Source of the DNA: Candidatus Poribacteria bacterium | Lineage (GTDB): Bacteria > Poribacteria > WGA-4E > JAJDTR01 | Reading direction: 5' to 3' | Assembly: GCA_965222225.1 (NCBI GenBank) | Contig: CBDCTK010000002.1 | Coordinates: 4,800,001 to 4,864,000 of the forward strand | Length of the DNA stretch: 64,000 nucleotides | Part shown: in pieces, positions 52,605 to 62,609 of the stretch | Numbering within the stretch: the stretch's first letter is position 1 | Layout of the letters: the number at the start of each line of letters is the position of its first letter | Made by a program: the position numbers and the translations under genes | The notes under the pieces: generated by a model | Seen by the model: only the letters and a program-made list of their open reading frames with translations | Databases searched by the model: none | What the model was told of the DNA's origin: nothing

Positions 52605-53920
52605 TTTTTGAGGAGAAGTATCGCGCGGCAAGCCCGCGGTCCAAAGCGTATTTTGAACGCGCCCAGTCGGTTATGCCGGGCGGAGTTAAAGGAGCATATT
52701 ATTACTGTCCGTACCCGCTGTCAATGGAGCGAGGTGACGGATGTTATCTGTATGATGTTGATGGCAGGCGGTATATTGACTTCACCAACCATCACACCGC
52801 GCAGATTTTGGGGCACAATCACACGGTGGTGAACAGTGCGATCAAAGCACAGGTGAGTCGGGGCATCGCTCTCGGAGCTCCAACAGGAATTGAGGTTGAG
52901 TTGGCGGAAGAAATGTGTAGGCGTGTGCCATCGTTAGATTGCATCCGCTTCTGCAACTCTGGCACGGAAGCAACACTGCACGCCATCCGCTTGGCGCGCG
53001 CATTCACCGGACGCCCCAAAATAGCAAAGTTCGAGGGGGCATATCACGGCAGCCACGATGCGGTCGAAATCAGTAAATCAGTGTTTCACCGCCGTTGGAG
53101 AAGGCAGGCCCCAAGTCTGCACCTACAGCAGTCGCCTCCGCTGCCGGTATCACCCCTCATGCGGTTGACGAAATCGTTATCCTTCCGTACAACGATGAAG
53201 CCGCTGTTGAACGCCTCATCACTGACCATCGAAATGAGTTGGCTTGTGTCCTTTTTGACCCAAAACCTCATGCTATTCCTCAGCGAGCAGGATTCGTTCA
53301 ATTCCTTGAGGAGATTTTGCGAAAGAACAATATTATCTTCATACTTTGAGATTGTGAGTTTTCGACTCGCACCGGGCGGTTTCCAAGAACTTTGTGGAAT
53401 TACTCCCGATTTGACAACGTACGGCAAGATTATCGGTGGTGGATTCCCGGTTGGCGGTTTGGGCGGTCGAGCGGAGGTTATGGAGTTGTTAGATAGTACC
53501 GGTCGAGGACGGGGCGGCTTGTTTCAGAGCGGTACTTTCAGCGCCCATCCTGTCGTAATGGCTGCCGGTTTAGCTACACTGCAACAATTAACAGCGGATG
53601 CCTATGCACACCTCGACTGCTTGGGCGAACGATTACGTGATGAATTCGAAAATCTTTTCGCGCGCAAGCAGATTTCTGCGCAAGTGGTGGGGATGGGTTC
53701 ACTATTTAGCATCCATTTTCTTGACGGAGAGATTCGGAACTATCGAGATTTGGCTCGAAAGAATTCCGCTATGGCGTACAATATCTTCCTTTCATTATTG
53801 GACAAGGAGTTTTTCTTGAATTCTAGCTTGGACTTTAACGCGCTTTCGTTACCGATGCAGGAGCGCCAGGTGGACGAATTGGTCGGTGCCGTTGAATGTG
53901 CCGTGGAGCAATTCGCATAG
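52605..53920 (+). pseudogene. GSA-aminomutase-like class III aminotransferase with internal compensating frameshifts
   Basis: RFCNSGTEA, KFEGAYHG; 8-bp duplication aaatcagt near 53067-53082; correct segment continues in the 53095-53349 frame; frame regained near 53346; YGKIIGGG. Confidence 0.8.
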
Positions 53921-53988
53921 GTTTTGTATGGAATCTCTCTAGATATGGAGTAAAAAGGCAACCTAAAAGTAAGAAGGATTCGTATAGT

Positions 53989-54765
53989 TTGGATGGATTG
54001 AACTTCGCGCCCAAAGTTCCAGTGTTTGACGCTAACGTCGGGGTCGGCCACCAATTTAATCAACCCGCACCGTTTGATGATGCCGCCGGTCTCCTTCATG
54101 AGATGCAGCGTCATGGCGTTGACCGTGCTTTAATCTATCATGTTCAAGGCGAATCCATCAGCGGTTTGGATGGAAACGAGGCACTTGCCGCTTGGGCTGA
54201 GGGGAACTCACAGTTCAATCTACAGTGGACGGTTGGTCCTAGGTAGGATTCGTTAAGGCAGTTGCAGGATTTCCATGTGGATGGGTTAGTCAACAGTGCC
54301 CGTATAAATAGTACGCGATCCGGGAGTTCGGCTGTAGAACTTCCCTTTGTGGAGTGGCTCTATGGCGATCTGCTCGAATGGCTGCAAGCAGAGGGGGCGC
54401 CGTTATGGATTTCACTTGCGGACACACCGGCTACCGAGATAATGTCAACGCTAAAGCGCTTTCCAGATCTCGTGACCGTGCTGCTTGGGGCACATTATAC
54501 CCACGCCCTACTTGTACACCCCCTTCTCAAGCATCTGCCGAACGCTCATTTGGAGTTAAGCCGCTACGAAGTTCAGGGAGGTGTTGAAGCGTTGAAGGGT
54601 GAGTTTGGCGTGGAACGGCTAATTTACGGGTCGTTCTACCCGCGCTATGCCATGGGACCGATGCTCTACGCATTGCACCACATGGACCTGACCGAGACGG
54701 AGTTGTCAGCCATCTGCGAGGGCAATCTCAAGCGAGTGTTAGGAGAGGAGACGGTCAATGATTGA
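53989..54765 (+). pseudogene. Amidohydrolase family protein interrupted by in-frame TAG
   Basis: VFDANVGVG, EMQRHGVDRAL; TAG at 54244-54246; same frame continues to ERLIYGSFYP. Confidence 0.8.
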
Positions 54766-55513
54766 TGGCGCAACAGTAATAGACTTCCACGGGCATGTAG
54801 GACGCTGGGAGTATTTGGGAATGTTGGACAACCCAAGTCCAATGCTGCGGGCAATGAATGCGGTAGGAATCGATCGAGCCCGTGTATTCAATGTCTTCCA
54901 CCCCGACGGAACGCGCGCCAATGATTGCACAGCCGCCTTTGTGGCGAAACATCCGGACCGATTTATCGGTTTCGCCTACGTTTCCCCCTTGATTTCGGAA
55001 CGGATGGTTCCCGAACTAGATCGCGCGATAGACACGTTGGGGTTTTCCGCCATAAAGATCTATCCAATCTACACCCCCTACCGCCTTAACCATCCGGCGT
55101 GGCACCCGGTTTATCAGTTCGCCCATGAACGCGAACTGACCATCATTTCCCATACGAGTAGTCAGCCAGATACCACCGAGCCCAAATATTTGGGTGACGC
55201 CGCAGCATTGTTCCCTAATGCGAAATTCGTCGCTGCACACGCGGGAAATACCGAGCCGGGGCGTCGTCAGGCGATACAGGCGTGCCGAAATCATCCGAAT
55301 TTTTTCGTGGAGACTTGTTCAACATTTCGTACGCCTGGTGTAATTGAAGAACTGGTTGCAGAGGCTGGCGCTGATCGGATACTCTATGGGTCGGATATGC
55401 TGCTGATAGATTGCCGGTCTCAAATCGGCAAGATCATTGCCGCCGATATTGGTGATGACGCCAAGCACATGATATTAGGAGAGAATACCAAGCGTTTGTT
55501 AAGATTAAACTAG
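54758..55513 (+). CDS. Amidohydrolase_2 family protein
   Basis: IDFHGH, ISHT, AAHAG, RILYGSD. Confidence 0.9.
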   Translation: MIDGATVIDFHGHVGRWEYLGMLDNPSPMLRAMNAVGIDRARVFNVFHPDGTRANDCTAAFVAKHPDRFIGFAYVSPLISERMVPELDRAIDTLGFSAIKIYPIYTPYRLNHPAWHPVYQFAHERELTIISHTSSQPDTTEPKYLGDAAALFPNAKFVAAHAGNTEPGRRQAIQACRNHPNFFVETCSTFRTPGVIEELVAEAGADRILYGSDMLLIDCRSQIGKIIAADIGDDAKHMILGENTKRLLRLN

Positions 55514-55604
55514 ATGGACTCCGCTTATTGATTGTGGACGCGGAAAATCAGAAACTGTTCTTGCCACCGAGATTTGGCTTACTTTAGGCTTTTCGGTTGA
55601 TAAA

Positions 55605-55835
55605 ATGAAGATTTTGCTTATTCGTTGGACGCTTTATTTAGCACTTATTGTTCTATATTTGCTTCATAAAGATTTTTGGTTTTGGCGTAACCCTATGCTA
55701 ATACTGGGATTACCCGTCGGATTGGTCTACCATATTGCATTCTGTGTCGTGGTCACTGTTTTGATGGCACTATTAGCTAAGTACGCTTGGCCCTCCCATC
55801 TAGAGATTGAGGAGGAGGACACAGTAGACAAATGA
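55605..55835 (+). CDS. Small membrane subunit of solute:sodium symporter (DUF3311-like)
   Basis: LHKDFWFW..PMLILGLPVGLVYHI; ATGA overlap with the SSS gene. Confidence 0.8.
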   Translation: MKILLIRWTLYLALIVLYLLHKDFWFWRNPMLILGLPVGLVYHIAFCVVVTVLMALLAKYAWPSHLEIEEEDTVDK

Positions 55836-57316
55836 CAATTTTTGTAATCTTCACATATCTCGCCTTAGTGTTAATCGTCGGCACCGCAGGCCACAGGTTT
55901 TTTCGCGGTACCGGAGAAGACTATTTCGTTGCCAGTCGCAGTATTGGACCATTTGTCCTACTGATGTCTCTCTTCGGGACAAACATGACAGCATTTTCCA
56001 TCCTTGGTGCCTCCGGCGAAGCTTATCACAAAGGGATAGGGGTGTTCGCTTTAATGGGATCATCTTCGGCACTCATCATTCCGACCATCTTTTTCTTTGT
56101 GGGCACCAGATTGTGGGCGATTGGCAAAAGGCACGGTTATCTCACGCAAGTTCAATACATCCGAGAACGGTGGAACTCGGATGCTCTAGGACTGCTGCTT
56201 TTTGCCGTTTTGGTTGCGCTCGTCGTCCCGTATCTGCTGATTGGCGTAATGGGAGGCGGGGATACCCTTGCAATTATCACTGACGGTCAAATTCCCAAAT
56301 GGGTTGGCGGGTTGCTTGTTTGCGGCGTGGTTGTTATCTACGTCTGCTTTGGCGGGATGCGCGGGACCGTTTGGGTGAACACGCTTCAAACACTCGTATT
56401 CATGACCTTGGGCGCCGTGACCTTTTTTACAATTGTGGGCAAGATGGGTGGTCTGTCGAGTGCCATTGCCAGAGTGGACAGAGATTTGTTGATGCAAGCC
56501 AACCGTATAAGACCTCTAGAGTTGATAACATATATCTTCATTCCAATCTCGGTGGGGATGTTCCCGCACATATTCATGCATTGGCTCACAGCGAAGAGTG
56601 CGCGAACATTTCGCTATCCAATCATATTCTATCCCGTGTGCGTCGCGGTTGTGTGGATTCCGAGCGTGTTGCTTGGCGTTTTAGGAAGTGGCGATATTAC
56701 TGGACTCAAGGGACCACAAGCCAATTCAATCCTGGTTCAGCTAATCTCGCGGTACGCCCCTGGGATACTGGCGGGATTCTTGGCTGCCGGCGTTTTCGCG
56801 GCTATCATGTCGTCTCTGGACTCACAGACACTTGCAATCGGGAGTATGTTTACTCACGACATCGTGCGGCACTACGGCTTCCATAACCAGATGAGCGAGA
56901 AACACCAAGTCTTGGTCGGACGACTCTTTGTAGTGGGGTTGCTTGCCATTACCTACGTTTTATCCTTGGGATCCAATCGCAGCATCTTCAAACTTGCAGT
57001 GTGGTCATTTACCGGATTCGCGTCGCTTTTTCCTGTTTTGCTGGCGGCTCTTTTTTGGAAGCGCAGTACCAAACACGGTGCGTTCGCTTCGATTGTGAGT
57101 GTTGTGGTTCTCTGGACGTTCTTTTTTCTTCGAGGTTGGCAAAGACCCGGTTACAGGATAGGTGACTCCGGAATCATGCCGGTAACGGTTGTGTTCGCGG
57201 TTTCCGCCCTTGCGATGATTATCGTGTCACTTATGACGAAGCCGCCGGATGTCAACATCCTCCGCAAGTTCTTCCCCATGTCTTCCCAGATGGAGTCAAG
57301 TGATATTAATACTTAG
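55832..57316 (+). CDS. Sodium:solute symporter family protein
   Basis: DYFVASRSIG, GGMRGTVWVNTLQ, AAIMSSLDSQ. Confidence 0.93.
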   Translation: MTIFVIFTYLALVLIVGTAGHRFFRGTGEDYFVASRSIGPFVLLMSLFGTNMTAFSILGASGEAYHKGIGVFALMGSSSALIIPTIFFFVGTRLWAIGKRHGYLTQVQYIRERWNSDALGLLLFAVLVALVVPYLLIGVMGGGDTLAIITDGQIPKWVGGLLVCGVVVIYVCFGGMRGTVWVNTLQTLVFMTLGAVTFFTIVGKMGGLSSAIARVDRDLLMQANRIRPLELITYIFIPISVGMFPHIFMHWLTAKSARTFRYPIIFYPVCVAVVWIPSVLLGVLGSGDITGLKGPQANSILVQLISRYAPGILAGFLAAGVFAAIMSSLDSQTLAIGSMFTHDIVRHYGFHNQMSEKHQVLVGRLFVVGLLAITYVLSLGSNRSIFKLAVWSFTGFASLFPVLLAALFWKRSTKHGAFASIVSVVVLWTFFFLRGWQRPGYRIGDSGIMPVTVVFAVSALAMIIVSLMTKPPDVNILRKFFPMSSQMESSDINT

Positions 57317-58100
57317 CCGATTTGAGCCTAGTCCATGCAGTCGTCGTCTGGATTGACCGCTTGAAATCCCAGCAACTTTTCCAGTCCTTGGTGCATGAGG
57401 TTGTTGACCACCTTTTCTGTTAGACCCCGGTTGAAGATTACGACTTCATCGACAACTCCTTCCATGCCGTGACTTGCACCACCCGGGCCCATGGCTCCGA
57501 TGTGTAATCGCTCGGTGGGGTGAAAAGCCGGAGCTTGTCCTCCGAATGGCGCCTTGCCGTAGGCTACCCCGTCCACATACTGTATAAGGTCTCTCCCGTC
57601 ATTAGTGCCTAAAGTGCGATGCCATTTGCCATCCGTTATCTGTATACCGCGAACTTGAACATCATTGAACGGGTTGGTTGTCGTAAATCCAACGGTCACC
57701 TGATCGCGCATCCACATCGGATAGTTTCGGGTTCTATTCGCGAACCAGTTTTCTTTGCTGACTATCATATTACAACAGTCTCCGATGAGATTTTCGGTCT
57801 TTACCCATGCGCCAATAGCAAACTCTTGAAGATCTATATCGTCTGAATGTGGAATCGTGACAGCATGTTAGCTTCCCCCTGCCTTCCCTACCTGAAGCCC
57901 GCTCCCCAAACTCCTTCCGCCCATTTCGGCCCCTGCCAGAGCTAACGATCATTCCGATTTCCATAGACGTCTTTTAAGATTCCATTTGCCACTTGGCCGA
58001 TTTTACTAACTTCCTGCGCAAACGTAAACGCCATAAGGACATCATCCTGCTTAATGGCGCCTTGGGCGAATGGCGAGGTTGTGATAAAAACATGAAGCTC
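57313..58100 (-). pseudogene. LamG/concanavalin-like secreted protein, disrupted
   Basis: IPHSDDIDLQEFAIGAWVK, DGKWH, QYVDG, GVVDEVVIFNRGLT; stops and frameshifts in the 5' half; C-terminal AVNP..TTAWTRLK split by a frameshift. Confidence 0.75.
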
Positions 58101-58600
58101 CACAGCATTAAAATTATTGTATATTTCGGCATTACAATGCCCCCCTTCCGTAGGCTTCAATTAGATTGAGGCTTACGCAAACACCTAGACACGAACGATG
58201 AAAAGGTGTAAAATACGCCAAACGGAGGCGATTGTGGCTAAACCCGATCCGACTCGAATTGACTTCCGGTCAATACCATCTCAACAGCACAATTTATTTT
58301 ATCTTAACCTCGAATGGCAACCACGTCGGATTTCTCAGTCATGATATGGTAACTGTTAATCGGCACAGGGTTGAAATGTGTTAGAAATCATCAAATCACC
58401 GAGTTCTCCTCTGTTCAATTAAGGTAGACACATAAAAATCAAAGGGTTCCCCAGAGATCACACGATAAAGTAATTTCGGTTGGCGTCTTCTACCGAACAC
58501 GCAGATTATATCGCAATTAACGGTTTAACTCAAAACAACTCTTCTACAGTGACTCCGTGACAGGCAGTAAAAGAGCAAATCGCCGAATTGCCAACATTTA

Positions 58601-58812
58601 GAGCCTGTTTGAAAAGTACAGTTTGTAGGGTGCGCACTGCGCACCAGCCTCTAAAATCCCCCCACAGGGGCGGAAGGTGTGTAGAAACACCGAATCCCTG
58701 CGTACCTAAGCCCCAGCGGGGCGACAGGTATATAGCGGGCAAATACACAAACATGAAAAACTGTCTTCAAATGACTAAAAATAGCTTTGCTGCCGACTAT
58801 TCAAACAGGTTC
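58601..58812. mobile_element. Non-autonomous MITE with the TIRs of the IS5 element
   Basis: tta-gagcctgtttgaaaag ... tattcaaacaggttc-tta. Confidence 0.8.
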
Positions 58813-58815
58813 TTA

Positions 58816-59106
58816 GCTCGACTTTGTACAAAATACAACGGTTGGGTTGTACGGAAAGCCGTACAACACCAAACCCGTAGGCGGGGATCAACCGAGCGGA
58901 TAGCGAGGGCGATAGAGATCCCCTTGCCCCGCCAAGCAACACCGAAATTCGAGTGACACCCAACACGTTATCTGCATGATACTGGAAACCGCTGCCGACT
59001 TTTTCAATGGTCTGCCAAAAAGCCGAGAGAATCAAAATCTCCTTCGCGTTTCGACAACACTTGATTATCGCTGCTTGCTATGTCTCTAAAATGTACAAAG
59101 TCGAGC
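58816..59106. mobile_element. MITE with TIR GCTCGACTTTGTACA (same family as 23735-24262)
   Basis: tta-gctcgactttgtaca ... tgtacaaagtcgagc-tta. Confidence 0.8.
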
Positions 59107-59153
59107 TTAGGTATTCAATGACGTAAGTTCAAAATATTTCAATAGACCGTACA

Positions 59154-60891
59154 ATGTGCTCATTTCACTACGCGCAAATCAGAACACAGATTTTCGGTTG
59201 GCCCTCAAGACTGATTCTAATCGGTCTCTTGGCATTATCCTGCTCAGGAGTCGCCCAAGGGCAACTCGAGATCGACCTCATTGAGACAGTAACACAAGCC
59301 AAGCAAGCTGTTGATGAGAATCCGACATCAACAGCCGCGCACCTGAATCTCGGTTTTGCCTATTTGGAACTTGGTTCTATGCAGCAGGCTAAGACTGAAT
59401 TTGAGAGTGTCGTACGCCTCGATCCGCATGCCCCTGGCGGATAATACTTGGTTGGGAGGTGTGTATTTCCTGCAAGCAAGATATGAAGAAGCCATTGATG
59501 TCTTCCAGCGAGCGCTTGAAAAGTTGCCGGACTGGAACGTGGCGTACCACGCTTTGGGGATGTCACATTTCGAACGGCACAATCATGATGCGGCGGAGAT
59601 TGCCTTCAACAAAGCGCTGGGACTTATGCATAAGTCCGAATTACCCAAATATGAGGTGCCATTATCATCATTCGGTACAGGGGGCTACGGATGGAGTATC
59701 AAGCCCTCTCCAGCCAATGCCTTCTACTTTCTCGGTCTTATCGCATCACATCGCGGTAGTATCAATGAAGCCAAGGCATATTGGCAACAAGCTATTGAAA
59801 TGGGCACTCCACTAGCTGAGGTATATTTCGAACTAGGGGTCGCATACAATAAAGATGGACAATGGGAGAACTCGGTACGCGCCCTGCGCGAGGCAATTCG
59901 GCTACGGCCCGAAATGCCCGCGGCGCACTATCAGATGGCACGAGCGTATCTTAAGTTAGGTAAAATGACCGATGGAAAGAGAGAATTAGAGGAATTTCGA
60001 CGTCTTAAAGCTGCTTATGCCGAGTTGAATGCGCAACATACTATGATTAGACAGGCTCCGGACACAGCTATAACCCTCTTTAGACTGGCTAGAAGATATA
60101 TGCAGAAGGAAAAGTATGCCGAAGCTAGTCGGGAATTCCAGAAAGCGCTCTGGCATAATCCGTGCCTCGCGGAGGCGTACATTGGATTAGGTCATGCTTA
60201 TACTGGGCTGGGACGCCTTGACGACGCCCTTGAAGCACAACAGAAGGCAATTCAGCTAGAACCGAACATGGCAGAGGCTCACATCATCAAAGGGATAATC
60301 TTGCTTAAACGAGCTGAAAAATCCCAGACCAAATCTGACTATGAGCGTGCTCTTTCAGCCTGCCGCAAAGGAATCGAACTAAACCCTAAGCTACAAGTTC
60401 CAATCCTTATCCGCGTTGCGCTCGGAAAAGCCTACCTCCAAGAAGGCAAACTCACCCAAGCGAGTCGTCAATTTGAAGAGATACTCAAAACCGATTCGAA
60501 CTTCGGTGACGCATACTTCTACTTGGGGGCTATCCACCTCGGGCAGCATGAATATGAGAAGGCAGAGAGCGCCTACCATCACGCCATTAAGCTAGACCCA
60601 TCTTCAGCTAAAGCGTACGAGCGACTCGCACATCTGTATGGAATCCGTGGAATCCATCTTGATAAAGCAATACAACTGGCAGAAAAAGCGGTCGACCTCA
60701 AGCCCGACTCCGCAGCGTGTTACAATACGCTCTCGTGGCTCCATTTCCTCAACAAAGACTATGAGGAAGCGGAAACATCCGTTAAAAAAGCGTTGGTGCT
60801 GCAACCTGACAATTATCTCTATAGCGAAGGCCTGAAAGCCATCCAGCAAGCTAGACAAGCCGAGAACGAGGAAAAAAAGGACGGAAAGTGA
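59154..60891 (+). pseudogene. Secreted multi-TPR protein split by a stop and frameshift near 59442-59450
   Basis: Signal peptide and first TPR in 59154-59444; many TPRs in the 59356-60891 frame from WLGGVYF onward. Confidence 0.75.
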
Positions 60892-62609
60892 GCGGTCGAA
60901 CTCAAGTGCATGTATTTATCGGGCATCACACGGTACACTTGATGTTCCGTTCTTCATGTCTCAGAAAGTGCGTAACCTGCTTGGTAGTTCTCTGTTTTTC
61001 GAGTGTTTTCGTAGACGCACAATTGAGATTCACAGATGTCACTGCGAGAACAGGCATCCGTTTTCGTCATGAAGATGGTCGAAGTGGCGCGCGCTATTTT
61101 CTCGAAACTCTCGGAGCGGGCGCCGCATGGTTTGATTACGATCAAGACGGAGATATTGACATCTATTTTGTCAATGGAGCAGACCTTCCCGGTAGGGAGT
61201 CGGATGTTACTCCAACAAATGAACTCTATCGCAATGATGGCGGGGGCATTTTTACTGATGTGACCGATAAAGCGGGTGTGGGAGACATGGGATACGGTTT
61301 CAGTTGTGCCGTGGGAGATTACGATAACGACGGATTTCCCGATCTTTACATCACAAATTTTGGGCGGAACGCCCTATATCGAAACAATGGCGATGGTACT
61401 TTTACTGATGTGACGATGCCATCGGGAGTCGGAGATTCATCGTGGGGTGCCTCAGCCGCTTTTGCCGATTATGACAACGACGGACACCTCGACTTATTTG
61501 TCGCCAATTACGTGCAATTCGATATCGAGAACAATCCGAAGTGTGGTACGATAGGTATACGAACGCACTGTGGCCCCGGTGCTTTTCAAGGAACGGCAAG
61601 TGTACTGTATCGAAATAATGGAGATGGTACCTTTTCTGATGTTACCGAGGATGCTGGCGTGTGGAACCCCAACGGAAAAGGGATGGGCGTCAATTGGTGT
61701 GACTACGATAACGATGCCGATCTCGACCTCTTTGTCGCCAATGATAAGGTCGAAGACTGGTTATATCGCAACGACGGGGATGGTACATTCAAAGATGTCG
61801 GACTCACTAGCGGAGTTGCACTCAACGAGATGGGAGCGCCCTACTCCAGCATGGCGCCTGTCTTTGGCGACATTGATAACAACGGCTGGTTCGATCTGGC
61901 GATCACGAACTTCCAAGACGAACCCAATAGCGTCTACTATAATGATGGAGACGGTTTTTTCTCCGATATCACCTATCGCTCGGGCATCGGTGCGCCAAGC
62001 CTGACACGTCTCACTTGGGGCGCAGACTTCGCGGACCTAGACAACGACGGTTGGCTAGACCTCTTCGTGGTAACGGGACACTTAGAAGAGAATGTACATC
62101 TCCTCAATCCAACGACCACATACCCGCAACAAAATCAGCTTTTTTCGAACCGGGGAGATCGCACATTCGACGACGTTTCCGATTCATCGGGCGGCGGATT
62201 GTTGCTGAAAAAAGTGAGCCGTGGTGTAGCTTTTGGAGATTACGACAATGACGGAGACGTTGATATTCTTGTCACCAACTCTTACCAGACCCCAGATCTT
62301 CTACGGAATGACACTGCCAACCAGAATCACTGGCTGGTTTTCGCTACGGTTGGCACGCGGAGCAACCGTAGCGGAATTGGGGCCCGCGTTAAGGTAACGG
62401 CAAGCGGAACCGTACAGATGCGCGAGGTCAAGAGCGGCGGGAGCTATCCGTCTCACAGCGACATGCGGTTGCATTTTGGGCTAGGTGAATCCGGCGTGGC
62501 TGCGCACGTTGAAATCCGCTGGCCAAGCGGTTTGATTGAACACTATGAGGGTGTTGAGACTGACCAATTCCTGATAGCAACGGAAGGCGAAGGCTTGAGA
62601 AAGCCCTGA
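60888..62609 (+). CDS. CRTAC1-family FG-GAP repeat / ASPIC-UnbV protein
   Basis: Repeated DYDNDGxxDL, LYRNxGDGTFxDVT; C-terminal GIGARV...LHFGLG...EIRWPSG. Confidence 0.92.
   Translation: MSGRTQVHVFIGHHTVHLMFRSSCLRKCVTCLVVLCFSSVFVDAQLRFTDVTARTGIRFRHEDGRSGARYFLETLGAGAAWFDYDQDGDIDIYFVNGADLPGRESDVTPTNELYRNDGGGIFTDVTDKAGVGDMGYGFSCAVGDYDNDGFPDLYITNFGRNALYRNNGDGTFTDVTMPSGVGDSSWGASAAFADYDNDGHLDLFVANYVQFDIENNPKCGTIGIRTHCGPGAFQGTASVLYRNNGDGTFSDVTEDAGVWNPNGKGMGVNWCDYDNDADLDLFVANDKVEDWLYRNDGDGTFKDVGLTSGVALNEMGAPYSSMAPVFGDIDNNGWFDLAITNFQDEPNSVYYNDGDGFFSDITYRSGIGAPSLTRLTWGADFADLDNDGWLDLFVVTGHLEENVHLLNPTTTYPQQNQLFSNRGDRTFDDVSDSSGGGLLLKKVSRGVAFGDYDNDGDVDILVTNSYQTPDLLRNDTANQNHWLVFATVGTRSNRSGIGARVKVTASGTVQMREVKSGGSYPSHSDMRLHFGLGESGVAAHVEIRWPSGLIEHYEGVETDQFLIATEGEGLRKP

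Noticed and set aside
25198-54246. In-frame TAG codons (25198, 54244) as amber readthrough or pyrrolysine recoding
   Set aside because: Many intact genes here end in TAG, other lesions are TGA, TAA or indels, and no pyl genes are present; simple nonsense mutation explains them
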